This document shows positions 17,722-26,469 of a stretch of DNA of 64,000 nucleotides, in pieces (positions within the stretch are counted from its first letter, which is position 1; every line of letters begins with the position of its first letter). Under the pieces are notes generated by a model. The model ran no database searches, was not told the DNA's origin, and saw nothing but the letters and a program-made list of their open reading frames with translations. The position numbers and the translations under genes are program-made. Source of the stretch: a phage; sequence record OZ346189.1. One strand, written 5' to 3'.

Positions 17722-17919
17722 ATGAACGCCTACGGAATTAAAGTACGTCGCAACACTCACCAGGCCGTCACCGATCAAATGGTTTGCCAGGTGGACGTAA
17801 CCATCAACAACGGGCAAGGCCTTTATAAATTCCGTCGCGGTCAGAGCTATACCCGGCAACAGCTTAATCGTTGCGCCCTGACAAAAGGCCAGATCAACCA
17901 CTGGTTTAATAAAAAATAA
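17722..17919 (+). CDS. hypothetical basic protein
   Basis: 65 aa; AGAGAGGA SD; first gene after the non-coding locus. Confidence 0.5.
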   Translation: MNAYGIKVRRNTHQAVTDQMVCQVDVTINNGQGLYKFRRGQSYTRQQLNRCALTKGQINHWFNKK

Positions 17920-17922
17920 GTA

Positions 17923-17951
17923 TTGACATATAGTCTGACACCAAATACACT
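17923..17951 (+). promoter_or_regulatory. sigma70-like promoter
   Basis: TTGACA 17923-17928, 17-nt spacer, TACACT 17946-17951. Confidence 0.4.
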
Positions 17952-17983
17952 AAAAGCACAAAAGACACTAAGAGGATAAAATC

Positions 17984-18382
17984 ATGAAAACCACTACCTT
18001 TAATTTTGATAATGCGGACTTTTCTTTTTCTGATGTCAAGAACTGCCGCCGGGATCGTGGATTTTACAAGGCTTATAATCTGGTGGGCCTGGACGATGAC
18101 AATAATTTGCACGAAGTAGCTGAGATCCGGTATTATGCCGCCGCCAGCGGGAACACTCAATACTGCGTTTTTTGGATTCACGACAACAAGAACAATAAGT
18201 ACGGTTATACTGGCGGGAAGGCGAGCGGTCACGGTTACGATAAAGCTAATGCAGCACTTGAGAGCGCATTAAATGCTATGGGGATCACTGCCAACGGCTG
18301 GATCTATGAAGAAGAGTTTTTGTCGGCACTTGCTGACCACCTGGGCTATAAAAAGCACATTGTAACATGCGCCCACGAATAA
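17984..18382 (+). CDS. hypothetical protein
   Basis: 132 aa; AAGAGGA SD. Confidence 0.55.
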   Translation: MKTTTFNFDNADFSFSDVKNCRRDRGFYKAYNLVGLDDDNNLHEVAEIRYYAAASGNTQYCVFWIHDNKNNKYGYTGGKASGHGYDKANAALESALNAMGITANGWIYEEEFLSALADHLGYKKHIVTCAHE

Positions 18383-18388
18383 AAATTG

Positions 18389-18416
18389 TTGACACGCTGC
18401 AAAATTCAAGTAAACT
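18389..18416 (+). promoter_or_regulatory. sigma70-like promoter
   Basis: TTGACA 18389-18394, 16-nt spacer, TAAACT 18411-18416; followed by leader hairpin 18427-18445. Confidence 0.5.
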
Positions 18417-18464
18417 AGTCACAAAAGGCGGGAATGTTTCCCGCCAACACAAAGGAAAAAGATC

Positions 18465-18869
18465 ATGAATAAGAACGTACGCCGCATCATGAACGAACTG
18501 GCAAACGATGAAAAAATTATTGACATGCATTTGATCAACATTTGCCGCCGTTGTGTAACATATAACAACCGCGCCGCAAAAGCGCGTGAGATGAACGCAA
18601 AAGGCACCTTAAAGCCATTCCAGGTGGTGGTAAAGGCCATTAAAGATGTAGCTAATACGGCAAACCAGGTACAGGGGAACACCAACGAGAGTACCAATAT
18701 TGATCCGGCTTACATCATGAAACGGATCCGGACCTGCAAGAACAAAGAGCAAGTGTATAATGTCATAGACTGGTTGGATTCTATGGGCGATGTGGTGTAC
18801 AATAGATTCTCGGCAGCTATTGAGATCCAGCTTGACAGGTTAGACGGTAAAGTACTTAAAACTTACTAA
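18465..18869 (+). CDS. hypothetical protein
   Basis: 134 aa; AAAGGAAAAAG SD. Confidence 0.55.
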   Translation: MNKNVRRIMNELANDEKIIDMHLINICRRCVTYNNRAAKAREMNAKGTLKPFQVVVKAIKDVANTANQVQGNTNESTNIDPAYIMKRIRTCKNKEQVYNVIDWLDSMGDVVYNRFSAAIEIQLDRLDGKVLKTY

Positions 18870-18870
18870 A

Positions 18871-18915
18871 TTTATTTTTAGATGGCCTTGACTCCAGGGC
18901 CATCAATAAAGTAAA
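18871..18915 (+). repeat. 45-bp post-gene hairpin element, copy 1
   Basis: TTTATTTTTA-GATGGCC-TTGACTCCAG-GGCCATC-AATAAAGTAAA; stem 18881-18887/18898-18904; directly after stop codon. Confidence 0.6.
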
Positions 18916-18949
18916 TTAATCTCAGCTAAGCGAAAAAGGGGGCTTTAAG

Positions 18950-19069
18950 ATGAGCACTACACGCCAATACACAAAGGTAACTATTATCGCCTGCGTTGTC
19001 GGTTACATCCTGGCGCAAATGTTAATGAGTAGCGCTAACAGTTTTGCAAAATTTTTCTTAAATTTTTAA
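18950..19069 (+). CDS. small hydrophobic protein (39 aa)
   Basis: ATG 18950 after AAAGGGGG SD; MSTTRQYTKVTIIACVVGYILAQMLMSSANSFAKFFLNF; below ORF-track size cutoff. Confidence 0.4.
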   Translation: MSTTRQYTKVTIIACVVGYILAQMLMSSANSFAKFFLNF

Positions 19070-19097
19070 TTGACAAGCTAACTTAGATTGATATACT
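19070..19097 (+). promoter_or_regulatory. sigma70-like promoter
   Basis: TTGACA 19070-19075, 16-nt spacer, TATACT 19092-19097. Confidence 0.55.
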
Positions 19098-19148
19098 TAA
19101 ACACGTAAACGGGAAAACTTCCCAGAACACACAAAAGGAGAAAACACC

Positions 19149-19490
19149 ATGACTACTATGACCGCCGCAGAAAAAGCTATTCAGATCGCCGCACTGAAAA
19201 AACAGATCGCAGACCTTGAGAACAAGATCGATAACTTTGAAATCGACGAGGACAAGTACGACGAAAACTATGATGAATGGTTAGACGAGATCTACGGCGA
19301 AATTATGATCGGAAACATTTCTTTTCTTCCGTCGCGTATCCTCAAGGAGCTAGATCCTATCACTTACCGCTGCGGATTTAGCGACTACATCGACAGCCTG
19401 GATATTGAGGACGATGAAGAATACCAGGAATTACAGACAGAGTTAGAAGAAGCAAAAGAAGAGCTTGCAGAACTGGAAGAAAACGAGTAA
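19149..19490 (+). CDS. highly acidic protein (candidate DNA mimic)
   Basis: 113 aa, about one third Asp/Glu with predicted coiled-coil N-terminus; AAAAGGAGAA SD. Confidence 0.55.
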   Translation: MTTMTAAEKAIQIAALKKQIADLENKIDNFEIDEDKYDENYDEWLDEIYGEIMIGNISFLPSRILKELDPITYRCGFSDYIDSLDIEDDEEYQELQTELEEAKEELAELEENE

Positions 19491-19492
19491 GA

Positions 19493-19536
19493 TTATTTTT
19501 AGATGGCCTTGACTCCAGGGCCATCAATAAAGTAAA
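19493..19536 (+). repeat. 45-bp post-gene hairpin element, copy 2
   Basis: Identical core to copy 1; stem 19502-19508/19519-19525. Confidence 0.6.
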
Positions 19537-19579
19537 CTTTATACTGTTAACACTGAACTAATGCATAGGAGTTAAAACC

Positions 19580-19825
19580 ATGGCAGCACTAATCACCAAA
19601 TATTATGCCCCTACCAACACCAAAAGCGCCCGTATCATGGTAAAAGGCTTCGGACGTAAAAAGGTGTACACCTGGGATTATGCCTTAGACACGGAAGACA
19701 ACTACACCAACGCGATGACCGATTTTATTAATGATCTGAACACGCGGATCTTGACAAATTATAAAATTACCGATATTGCCTATATAGGGGAAGGCGGGAT
19801 CTGTTTTGTCGGTATCGTCAAATAA
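19580..19825 (+). CDS. hypothetical protein
   Basis: 81 aa; TAGGAG SD. Confidence 0.5.
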   Translation: MAALITKYYAPTNTKSARIMVKGFGRKKVYTWDYALDTEDNYTNAMTDFINDLNTRILTNYKITDIAYIGEGGICFVGIVK

Positions 19826-19900
19826 GCTGTTTTTTCGGTGGTCCTGGTAGCAGGGCCATCTATAAAGATAGTTTATCAATACAATGAAAGGAGAAAGTAC

Positions 19901-20254
19901 ATGATCAGCGGGGCAAGTTTTATTATTGGCGCTATTGCTACGGCTTTAATTGTAAACAAGATCCAATCTAAAAACGAAAAAGATAGCAACGCCCTTACAG
20001 AATACCCGTTTTGGGTATTCAACGACAATGAAGACTATATTATCAAGTACAAGAATGAGAAGGGCGACCAGGTAACACCGCGACCGATCCCGGCTTACAA
20101 GATGCAAGAAACACTATACCGCCTAAAGGCTGGAGGCGCAAAAATCGTAGACTTTTGGGGATACGATCACACAGATCAGGAAGTTATAAAGCGCCGTATC
20201 CGGGCTATTCAGGCCAATATTGAAGTTAGCAAGGGGGGAATATATGAAGATTAA
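19901..20254 (+). CDS. membrane-anchored protein
   Basis: ORF track 19838-20254; ATG 19901 after AAAGGAGAAAG; N-terminal TM helix ASFIIGAIATALIV. Confidence 0.5.
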   Translation: MISGASFIIGAIATALIVNKIQSKNEKDSNALTEYPFWVFNDNEDYIIKYKNEKGDQVTPRPIPAYKMQETLYRLKAGGAKIVDFWGYDHTDQEVIKRRIRAIQANIEVSKGGIYED

Positions 20255-20441
20255 TTTTGAGAAGATTGTAAAGCGATCTCATGCTTCCGAAGAGCTGCCG
20301 GAACGCCGCCAGCGCAACAATAAACTGAATAAGCCAAAAAGATTTGGGAAGATCTGGCGGAATCATTATGATCGCAAATTACCGGGCCTGCTTTTGGAAC
20401 GTGAACGACAGGCGGAACGATACCGCCACAAAGGCAAATAA
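20244..20441 (+). CDS. small basic protein
   Basis: ORF track 20220-20441; ATG 20244 after AAGGGGGG; Arg/Lys-rich. Confidence 0.45.
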   Translation: MKINFEKIVKRSHASEELPERRQRNNKLNKPKRFGKIWRNHYDRKLPGLLLERERQAERYRHKGK

Positions 20442-20449
20442 CAACCAAC

Positions 20450-20474
20450 GCCCCGCCATTGTGCGGGGCTTTTT
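20450..20474 (+). terminator. rho-independent terminator
   Basis: GCCCCGC-CATTGT-GCGGGGC followed by TTTTTATTT. Confidence 0.65.
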
Positions 20475-20622
20475 ATTTCTATCCTACGAATAGCGCCCCC
20501 GGTTGGCCCTGTAAGCGCCAAAAAGGCCCCACCTATGCAATCGCCCCCCTTTAACCTGAAAACATCGCTTAGGGCCGTTTTATGGCGTTAAAAATATCAT
20601 TGATAGTGATTTTATTTAAAGC

Positions 20623-20650
20623 TTGACATCTTAAACAGGTTAGCTATACT
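20623..20650 (+). promoter_or_regulatory. sigma70-like promoter
   Basis: TTGACA 20623-20628, 16-nt spacer, TATACT 20645-20650. Confidence 0.55.
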
Positions 20651-20682
20651 AACCACATCAAAGAGAGAAAGGAGTAAACGCC

Positions 20683-20943
20683 ATGCGTAAATTAAAAAAT
20701 TTTGATAAAGTTGATGTTGTCCTGAATAATTTTTACTACTGCAACAACAAGGCCATTTGGTGGCGTGATAGTTCCACCGATAAAGTCAAGGCGCGCTTTC
20801 TCCAGGGGCACTGGCAAGGCCGTCCAGTGATTAAAATCATGGGGCAATTGGTAGCGTTTAAAAATTGCCGCCGTGTTGATGACGTTGAGGAGATTTTAAA
20901 CATTTTGCGCCACAATAATTTAAAAAATAGTGTTGACAAGTAA
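20683..20943 (+). CDS. hypothetical protein
   Basis: 86 aa; AAAGGAG SD. Confidence 0.5.
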   Translation: MRKLKNFDKVDVVLNNFYYCNNKAIWWRDSSTDKVKARFLQGHWQGRPVIKIMGQLVAFKNCRRVDDVEEILNILRHNNLKNSVDK

Positions 20944-20960
20944 ATCTCAATAAGTATAAT
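20933..20960 (+). promoter_or_regulatory. sigma70-like promoter
   Basis: TTGACA 20933-20938 (overlaps upstream stop), 16-nt spacer, TATAAT 20955-20960; leader hairpin GGCGGGAAAACTTCCCGCC 20971-20989. Confidence 0.6.
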
Positions 20961-21017
20961 TAAACACACAGGCGGGAAAACTTCCCGCCACTAACAAAGA
21001 AAACAGGAGAAAATATC

Positions 21018-21641
21018 ATGACCACCGTTAACATTACCACAGGTTACAATTTAGCTTTCGACGTGCTGACCGACGAACAAAAAGAAAAAGCCGTTGAAAT
21101 GGTCCGCGAAAGAGAAGAACACAGCGGGGATAACTTTTTTGCAGAAAGTGTAATTGAAGACTATAAAGAATATATCTTTCCAGAGTATGGCCTTGAAGAT
21201 ACCGAAGTACATTGGTCCGGCTTTTGGTGCCAGGGCGACGGCGCATCAATCAGTGCGGAAAACGTGGATTTAGAAAAATTCTTGCGTAAAGTCAAGTCTC
21301 TGACTAAATTCCGCTCAATTCGTCACTTGTTCGGCACAATGCACGATGGCGAGCTATCCGCAAGTGTTGAGCGCGATCCATATAGCCGTTATAGTCACGA
21401 AAACACTGTAAGCGGGTACATCGATACTACATGGCTAGACCTGACCGCCAAACAAGAAAACAAAGTGGAAGACCTGGAAGAACTGATCACCGAGACGGTA
21501 CGGGAGCTATCCCGCAAGGTTTACGTAGACCTGGAGGAGGCCTATCTAGAACAGTTCACCGCAGAAAACCTGATCGGCCTTATCGAGGCCAATGATTGGC
21601 GGTTTGATGTCGATGAATATGGTGAGATGACTTTTTCATAA
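21018..21641 (+). CDS. acidic hypothetical protein
   Basis: 207 aa; ACAGGAGAA SD; Asp/Glu-rich. Confidence 0.55.
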   Translation: MTTVNITTGYNLAFDVLTDEQKEKAVEMVREREEHSGDNFFAESVIEDYKEYIFPEYGLEDTEVHWSGFWCQGDGASISAENVDLEKFLRKVKSLTKFRSIRHLFGTMHDGELSASVERDPYSRYSHENTVSGYIDTTWLDLTAKQENKVEDLEELITETVRELSRKVYVDLEEAYLEQFTAENLIGLIEANDWRFDVDEYGEMTFS

Positions 21642-21731
21642 ATAAAGTGTTGCAATAGCCTAAAAACCTGCTATATTAAAACTCAAGGGGGCAAGACGTT
21701 TGCCCCCACACAAAACAAAGAGGAAAACATC

Positions 21732-22112
21732 ATGAAAAACACTACTAAAGCTATTGACACTGTTATGTTTAACCTGGTTACATTCCGTGAAGATATGAAA
21801 GATCTTCCACGTGAAACAGTGTGCGATCACATTGAAAACTATCGCAAACTAATCAAAGAGTTGCCTTTAAAACGTGACCAGTATGCGGCTAACGCTATGC
21901 TTAACGCCATGATCAAAAAGATGATTCAGTGTGATTTAACTCTGGCCTATGATTATGCAGGTGGTCGTTTTGCAGTATACAATCAGCCCGTGCCTGGTAT
22001 GAGCACCACCGAAGAATTGCACGCGTTAAATCTGAAACAAGATGTATGGGATAACATGCCCCGCGTGGTGGTGTGGGCAGAAAGCGGAAAGATTTACGGC
22101 GATAATTTTTAA
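21732..22112 (+). CDS. hypothetical protein
   Basis: 126 aa; AAAGAGGAA SD. Confidence 0.55.
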   Translation: MKNTTKAIDTVMFNLVTFREDMKDLPRETVCDHIENYRKLIKELPLKRDQYAANAMLNAMIKKMIQCDLTLAYDYAGGRFAVYNQPVPGMSTTEELHALNLKQDVWDNMPRVVVWAESGKIYGDNF

Positions 22113-22122
22113 TCAGGTAACA

Positions 22123-22148
22123 GGCGGCATATTTGCCGCCTTATTGTT
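22123..22148 (+). terminator. rho-independent terminator
   Basis: GGCGGCA-TATT-TGCCGCC followed by TTATTGTT. Confidence 0.5.
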
Positions 22149-22176
22149 AAACAGAACTGCAAAAGAGGTACATAGA

Positions 22177-22548
22177 ATGGAATTTATTATTTTGGCTGTA
22201 GTAGTTGCCTTGTTCAACGCCTGGATCGCTGGCAAGATAGGTAGATCCGCTTTTCTATGGTTTGTTATATCTATTTTCCTGGGAGTGGTTGCAACTATTG
22301 TATTGGTTATCCTTGCAATTGTTGACAAGGGCGATAATAGAAAGGGTAAAGTGTTTTCCGACCTGTATGACGCACAAACGTTTGTCAACGCCTATTATAG
22401 TGATCTTCCAGTCTCCCTACGCTGCAGCCTGGCACAACAGGTTTTTGATGAGGCTAAAACCAGAGACCAAGCCCATGAGATATGTTTAACTGAAGCGGAT
22501 CGCCTATTTGAGAGGAATAGAAAATATGTGGACCAGCCGTTTAAATAA
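22177..22548 (+). CDS. membrane protein
   Basis: ORF track 22042-22548 spans the terminator; ATG 22177 after AAAGAGGTA; two TM helices (FIILAVVVALFNAWIA, FLWFVISIFLGVVATIVLVILAIV). Confidence 0.5.
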   Translation: MEFIILAVVVALFNAWIAGKIGRSAFLWFVISIFLGVVATIVLVILAIVDKGDNRKGKVFSDLYDAQTFVNAYYSDLPVSLRCSLAQQVFDEAKTRDQAHEICLTEADRLFERNRKYVDQPFK

Positions 22549-22658
22549 CGCCACGTTAATTAATCCCTTTAGTGAAGATTTGAAGCCAGCCGCCTGGCGT
22601 GACGGATTCAATAACGAACGCTTTATTTTCAGGCCTGATCTTGAGGAATTTTATAACA

Positions 22659-22784
22659 ATGGATCGAACAACAGCGGAGATAATTTTTCTTGTGGTGTGC
22701 GTGGTGATAGGACTCCTGGGGGCCATTGTAAACCACGTCACTACTAACAGGAGGGAAGGGGGAGACGATGACAACCAAGGATAA
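22659..22784 (+). CDS. small membrane protein (uncertain)
   Basis: ORF track 22599-22784; ATG 22659; TM segment IIFLVVCVVIGLLGAIV; competes with overlapping ORF 22508-22747. Confidence 0.3.
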   Translation: MDRTTAEIIFLVVCVVIGLLGAIVNHVTTNRREGGDDDNQG

Positions 22785-22891
22785 GCCATGCGCTGATAAG
22801 GTGCGCCGTGTTATGGTATGGCTTGAGATTATCGCCCTTGAAATATTGTTAGGCGTAGGGATGTACTTTATCGCTGTAAGTAACTAAGAGC

Positions 22892-22920
22892 GGCCCCCGA
22901 TCATGGGGGCCTATCTTTTT
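22892..22920 (+). terminator. rho-independent terminator
   Basis: GGCCCCC-GATCAT-GGGGGCC followed by TATCTTTTT. Confidence 0.65.
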
Positions 22921-22942
22921 AAAAAATTTTTCTTCCGGGGTG

Positions 22943-22970
22943 TTGCAATCCGGTCCGGAATGTGGATAAT
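22943..22970 (+). promoter_or_regulatory. sigma70-like promoter
   Basis: TTGCAA 22943-22948, 16-nt spacer, GATAAT 22965-22970; leader hairpin 22981-22995. Confidence 0.45.
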
Positions 22971-23026
22971 AACAATCAACGGGGAGCTAATCCCCACCAC
23001 CACAAAAACCAGAAAGGAGAAACAAA

Positions 23027-23227
23027 ATGAGCAACAATATCCGCGTTATTAACTTCAAAAAAGAAGAAAAAATTGCCGTGCTGATTGACGGTCAAGAAAT
23101 CTTCAAGGGCGACTATGAAGATCATCAAACGGCGATTAGTATCACTCGCGTGATTGGTTATCATAATTTCTACCCCCAAGGCGCTGAGGCAGCAGTTAAA
23201 CGAATCAAAGAGATTGTAGGCCTGTAA
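23027..23227 (+). CDS. hypothetical protein
   Basis: 66 aa; AAAGGAGAA SD. Confidence 0.5.
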   Translation: MSNNIRVINFKKEEKIAVLIDGQEIFKGDYEDHQTAISITRVIGYHNFYPQGAEAAVKRIKEIVGL

Positions 23228-23230
23228 AAT

Positions 23231-23274
23231 TTATTTTTAGATGGCCTTGACTTCAGGGCCATCGATAAAGTAAA
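23231..23274 (+). repeat. 45-bp post-gene hairpin element, copy 3
   Basis: TTATTTTTA-GATGGCC-TTGACTTCAG-GGCCATC-GATAAAGTAAA; two substitutions relative to copies 1-2. Confidence 0.6.
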
Positions 23275-23320
23275 TTTAAACCCTGTTAAAATACCACGCA
23301 GTTAACAAGGAGTGATAGAC

Positions 23321-23620
23321 ATGTTTATCCAGGCTAATAATCTTTATTTCTTTGATGGTCAGATCGTAGATGGTGTGGAAGTGGAGATCACCGGGTGCCC
23401 TGGCGGTCAGGCTATGACTTTTCGGAATAATGCCTTTGATGATTCTCATATCGTTATGAGAATGGAAGTTACGAAGCTGGACGACAAGAAAACACTTATT
23501 GACTATTCTGTGAAAGATCATCCAGACTACCGCATGATCCATGGTGATTTGTGCATTGTTGACCGTGACAAGGTGGGCGGCATTGTGATCGCTATTGTGA
23601 ACGATGTTTTCTCAAACTAA
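23321..23620 (+). CDS. hypothetical protein
   Basis: ORF track 23312-23620 (GTG); ATG 23321 after AAGGAG SD. Confidence 0.5.
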   Translation: MFIQANNLYFFDGQIVDGVEVEITGCPGGQAMTFRNNAFDDSHIVMRMEVTKLDDKKTLIDYSVKDHPDYRMIHGDLCIVDRDKVGGIVIAIVNDVFSN

Positions 23621-23637
23621 TTTCAGCAGGCGATTTT

Positions 23638-23988
23638 ATGAAAGTCAAACTATATTACCTTAATGAGCTTAACCCCCTTGCCCAGGTCCGCGCCCTAGCT
23701 AATACCTTGATTTGTGAGAAATCTGTATATTGTGTTGAGCTTAACGCCATGCGTGAACGTCTCAAAGGTGGTTACTTTGACATCCATGCTGCAATCAACG
23801 GCCTGAATATGGAATTTATACGCTTACGTAACAGCCGCCGGAATCTGGCAAGAATGGAACAAGATCCGGCCCACCTTCGTAAGCTGGTTATTGAAAATCA
23901 TCTGATGTTTAATGCCGAGGGTGATTATTACCATTTTCACCGCAAACGCTGGTACCGTGGCGGCAATACAGGCAAGAATGCAAAATAA
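23638..23988 (+). CDS. hypothetical protein
   Basis: 116 aa; weak SD. Confidence 0.45.
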   Translation: MKVKLYYLNELNPLAQVRALANTLICEKSVYCVELNAMRERLKGGYFDIHAAINGLNMEFIRLRNSRRNLARMEQDPAHLRKLVIENHLMFNAEGDYYHFHRKRWYRGGNTGKNAK

Positions 23989-24023
23989 GGCCCCTAGCAG
24001 GGCCTGCAGCAATATAATCACAT

Positions 24024-24057
24024 AAAGGCCATGCGGTTGCATGGCCTTTATTATTTT
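24024..24057 (+). terminator. rho-independent terminator
   Basis: Perfect 11-bp stem AAAGGCCATGC-GGTT-GCATGGCCTTT followed by ATTATTTT. Confidence 0.7.
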
Positions 24058-24190
24058 GGCGTTACAACGGCATACGGGGCGCTTAAAAAATTTTTAAAGA
24101 AGTACTTGCATCATTCCCGACAATATGGATAATAAGAGTTGTCGAGGGGGAGGCCCCCAATCGTTGACCAGATAGATAGGAGTTAAAATC

Positions 24191-24475
24191 ATGGCTATTG
24201 TTACCGCTGGCGATGTAGTAGAAATGGAAGCAAAATACTTAAAAGCGGGTATGCACATCCTACGGAATGATCAAGAGTTATTATTAACGATGGTTGACTA
24301 TAATCACGGCCAGGATTATCCAAGCATCGACTACTTTTTTGAGTATGTTGATGAAGAGTTGAAAGAGGATGAGGCCTATTGCGGTGAGTTCTGCAACTTC
24401 TTTTGTCCTGATGAGGTTGTAAAGGTTATTTATCAACCTGGCGTAGCTTTCCCGCTGCACGCTATCAATAAATAA
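24191..24475 (+). CDS. acidic hypothetical protein
   Basis: 94 aa; TAGGAG SD. Confidence 0.5.
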   Translation: MAIVTAGDVVEMEAKYLKAGMHILRNDQELLLTMVDYNHGQDYPSIDYFFEYVDEELKEDEAYCGEFCNFFCPDEVVKVIYQPGVAFPLHAINK

Positions 24476-24530
24476 ACCTGGCGGGGCCGAAAAGGCCCCC
24501 AATTATGAAAATAAAGAGAGGCAAATCATC

Positions 24531-24764
24531 ATGATGGAACAAATTAAACGCGCCGAGGCTATTAATGGCAACGTGATCTATTTTGTCAGCAAAAACGAAA
24601 AAGGCGTACCATATGCGGCAGTAATAGTACAACCTGACGGCGATTATTGGTTTACTGTGTACGGCGCTTATTCTTTTGGGCGTCCAGTGCATGATAAAAT
24701 TTTGAAAGTAGCGAACCCTACCGGGAAGAATATCACAGCAGAAAAATTTTTTGAAAATAGTTGA
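24531..24764 (+). CDS. hypothetical protein
   Basis: 77 aa; AAGAGAGG SD. Confidence 0.5.
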   Translation: MMEQIKRAEAINGNVIYFVSKNEKGVPYAAVIVQPDGDYWFTVYGAYSFGRPVHDKILKVANPTGKNITAEKFFENS

Positions 24765-24788
24765 CATGACCATATAAGACTGTAATAT
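24761..24788 (+). promoter_or_regulatory. sigma70-like promoter
   Basis: TTGACA 24761-24766, 16-nt spacer, TAATAT 24783-24788; leader hairpin about 24799-24814. Confidence 0.55.
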
Positions 24789-24839
24789 ATAAATCAAAGG
24801 GGGCAACTAACCCCACCAACTACAAAGAGGATAAAAATC

Positions 24840-25019
24840 ATGGCTATTATTGCAAAGACTGAGATCGTAGGCTTAGATTCTATTCTCCTCGCATATGAGG
24901 AAGCTATAGAAATGTATGTGGTTTCCTATGGTGAGTATATCCGTGAATATAAATCTATTGATCTGGCTTTTGAATGTTATATCCGCCAGGTTAATAAAGC
25001 GTACGATGATTATCGTTAA
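24840..25019 (+). CDS. hypothetical protein (59 aa)
   Basis: ATG 24840 after AAAGAGGA SD; 60 codons to TAA 25017-25019; below ORF-track cutoff. Confidence 0.45.
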   Translation: MAIIAKTEIVGLDSILLAYEEAIEMYVVSYGEYIREYKSIDLAFECYIRQVNKAYDDYR

Positions 25020-25025
25020 AATAGT

Positions 25026-25054
25026 TTGACAACAGCCATCTTACAAAGCATAAT
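25026..25054 (+). promoter_or_regulatory. sigma70-like promoter
   Basis: TTGACA 25026-25031, 17-nt spacer, CATAAT 25049-25054; leader hairpin GGCGG...CCGCC 25061-25079. Confidence 0.55.
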
Positions 25055-25106
25055 ACATAAGGCGGTGGAATGGTCCGCCACCTGGAACAAAGAAGAGGTA
25101 AACACC

Positions 25107-25352
25107 ATGAAAAGCAATAAAGGTTATAACGGTTACAAAAACAAAACTCATTGGAATGTAAGCCTTTGGATTAATAACGATGAGTCATTGTACCGGTTGG
25201 CCCAAGGCTTTATTAACGCCAATGCTAATCGTAATGATGCGGCGCGGGATATGATGCTTTTTCTGGAGCTAACCGGACAAGATAAGACCCCGGACGGCTT
25301 CAAGTACAGCACTACGGCGATCCGTGCCGCGATGGTTGGAATGAAACACTAA
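25107..25352 (+). CDS. hypothetical protein
   Basis: ORF track 25026-25352 starts in promoter; ATG 25107 after AAGAGGTAAA. Confidence 0.5.
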   Translation: MKSNKGYNGYKNKTHWNVSLWINNDESLYRLAQGFINANANRNDAARDMMLFLELTGQDKTPDGFKYSTTAIRAAMVGMKH

Positions 25353-25429
25353 AAGCACATAGCTGCCTTACCCTGGGGCTGTGGTAGCGGCCCCATGAAT
25401 AAGGTTACTAACAGAAGAGAATAAACACC

Positions 25430-25534
25430 ATGAAACAGAAATTAATCGATGCAGTGATCTTGGTTATTGCCCTGGGTATTGGCCTGATTGCAACCATGTC
25501 TAATATGATCTTGTCTTCCAACGGTATCGGGTGA
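25430..25534 (+). CDS. small hydrophobic protein (34 aa)
   Basis: ATG 25430 after AGAAGAGAA; MKQKLIDAVILVIALGIGLIATMSNMILSSNGIG. Confidence 0.35.
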   Translation: MKQKLIDAVILVIALGIGLIATMSNMILSSNGIG

Positions 25535-25543
25535 GGTTGGCAA

Positions 25544-25759
25544 ATGATCACTAACAAAACAGGCAAAACGGAATTTTTACGCAACTTACAGATCGGCAAG
25601 CCTGAGATCTGGTACTGCACTAAAACACCACGTGACGAAATGAAAGACTTCACCGCCACGCTGCAACGGGTAAAGATATCTATCACGCAGAAAAAGGCCT
25701 TACTAGTGGTGGAAGGGGAGATCCCCCAAACCGTTGTTATAGTTGAGCGTACAGCATAG
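25544..25759 (+). CDS. hypothetical protein
   Basis: 71 aa. Confidence 0.45.
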   Translation: MITNKTGKTEFLRNLQIGKPEIWYCTKTPRDEMKDFTATLQRVKISITQKKALLVVEGEIPQTVVIVERTA

Positions 25760-25850
25760 TTTAATTTATACAGATACCTGAAAATTAACCAACAAAGCAT
25801 AAACAGGCGGTTACCGCCGCCTTAAACGTAGCAGAAAGAGGATAGACACA

Positions 25851-26135
25851 ATGAAAAAGATGATCGCAGTGGTTACCCTGGTTGTTGGACTTAATGCGCC
25901 TGTAATGGCTAAAGAGCTGGCAAAAGAGGTTAATCTAACGGATATTCATGCCGTCAATCAAATCGGGGTTACTTATCGCTTATGCCTTGCCGCTAAAACT
26001 TTTAAGGACGGCACAACAGAGTACTACGGATTCGAGGGTATCCGGTGCGGTGAGCTTGCTCGCGACCTTAAGGAAGATCCAGACCTGGAGGATCTGCCCA
26101 TAACCGTGAACGGAAAAACTTACGTGAACCGTTAA
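25851..26135 (+). CDS. secreted/periplasmic protein
   Basis: 94 aa; signal-peptide-like N-terminus MKKMIAVVTLVVGLNAPVMA; AAGAGGA SD. Confidence 0.5.
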   Translation: MKKMIAVVTLVVGLNAPVMAKELAKEVNLTDIHAVNQIGVTYRLCLAAKTFKDGTTEYYGFEGIRCGELARDLKEDPDLEDLPITVNGKTYVNR

Positions 26136-26469
26136 CCATGAGAAAGATAATTATTACCATGGGGATCGTGGCGGCAATGTTGGCGATCTTTCCCTTTATG
26201 GTTAGGTATGTGCTGATTAATGTTGTCCTGGTAGTCAGCGATCTGGTGTTATATATTAACTCATTGTTTTAGGCGCGATAATGACAGCGGAAGAAGTTAA
26301 AAAAAGTACTGGCGGTACTGCGTTATCATAATCATTGCAAGGTGAAGAATGATCCTGATTATCTTGATTCATCCCTTGAAGAGGATACACTACAAGCCAT
26401 AAGCAACATGCAAGAATTGCTTAAGCGTATGACAGAGAAAAACCGACCGGACTACATAGGGGGTAAAAT

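Noticed and set aside
22508-22747. 79-aa ORF overlapping 22599-22784 in another frame
   Set aside because: Two mutually exclusive overlapping ORFs; the one with a TM helix was kept at low confidence and this one, with a Gly/Pro-rich tail, was set aside; neither is certain
24477-24500. GGGGCC-GAAAA-GGCCCC hairpin after gene 24191-24475 as a terminator
   Set aside because: Not followed by a T-run (CAATTATGAAAAT); may be a weak terminator or RNA-stability element but not called
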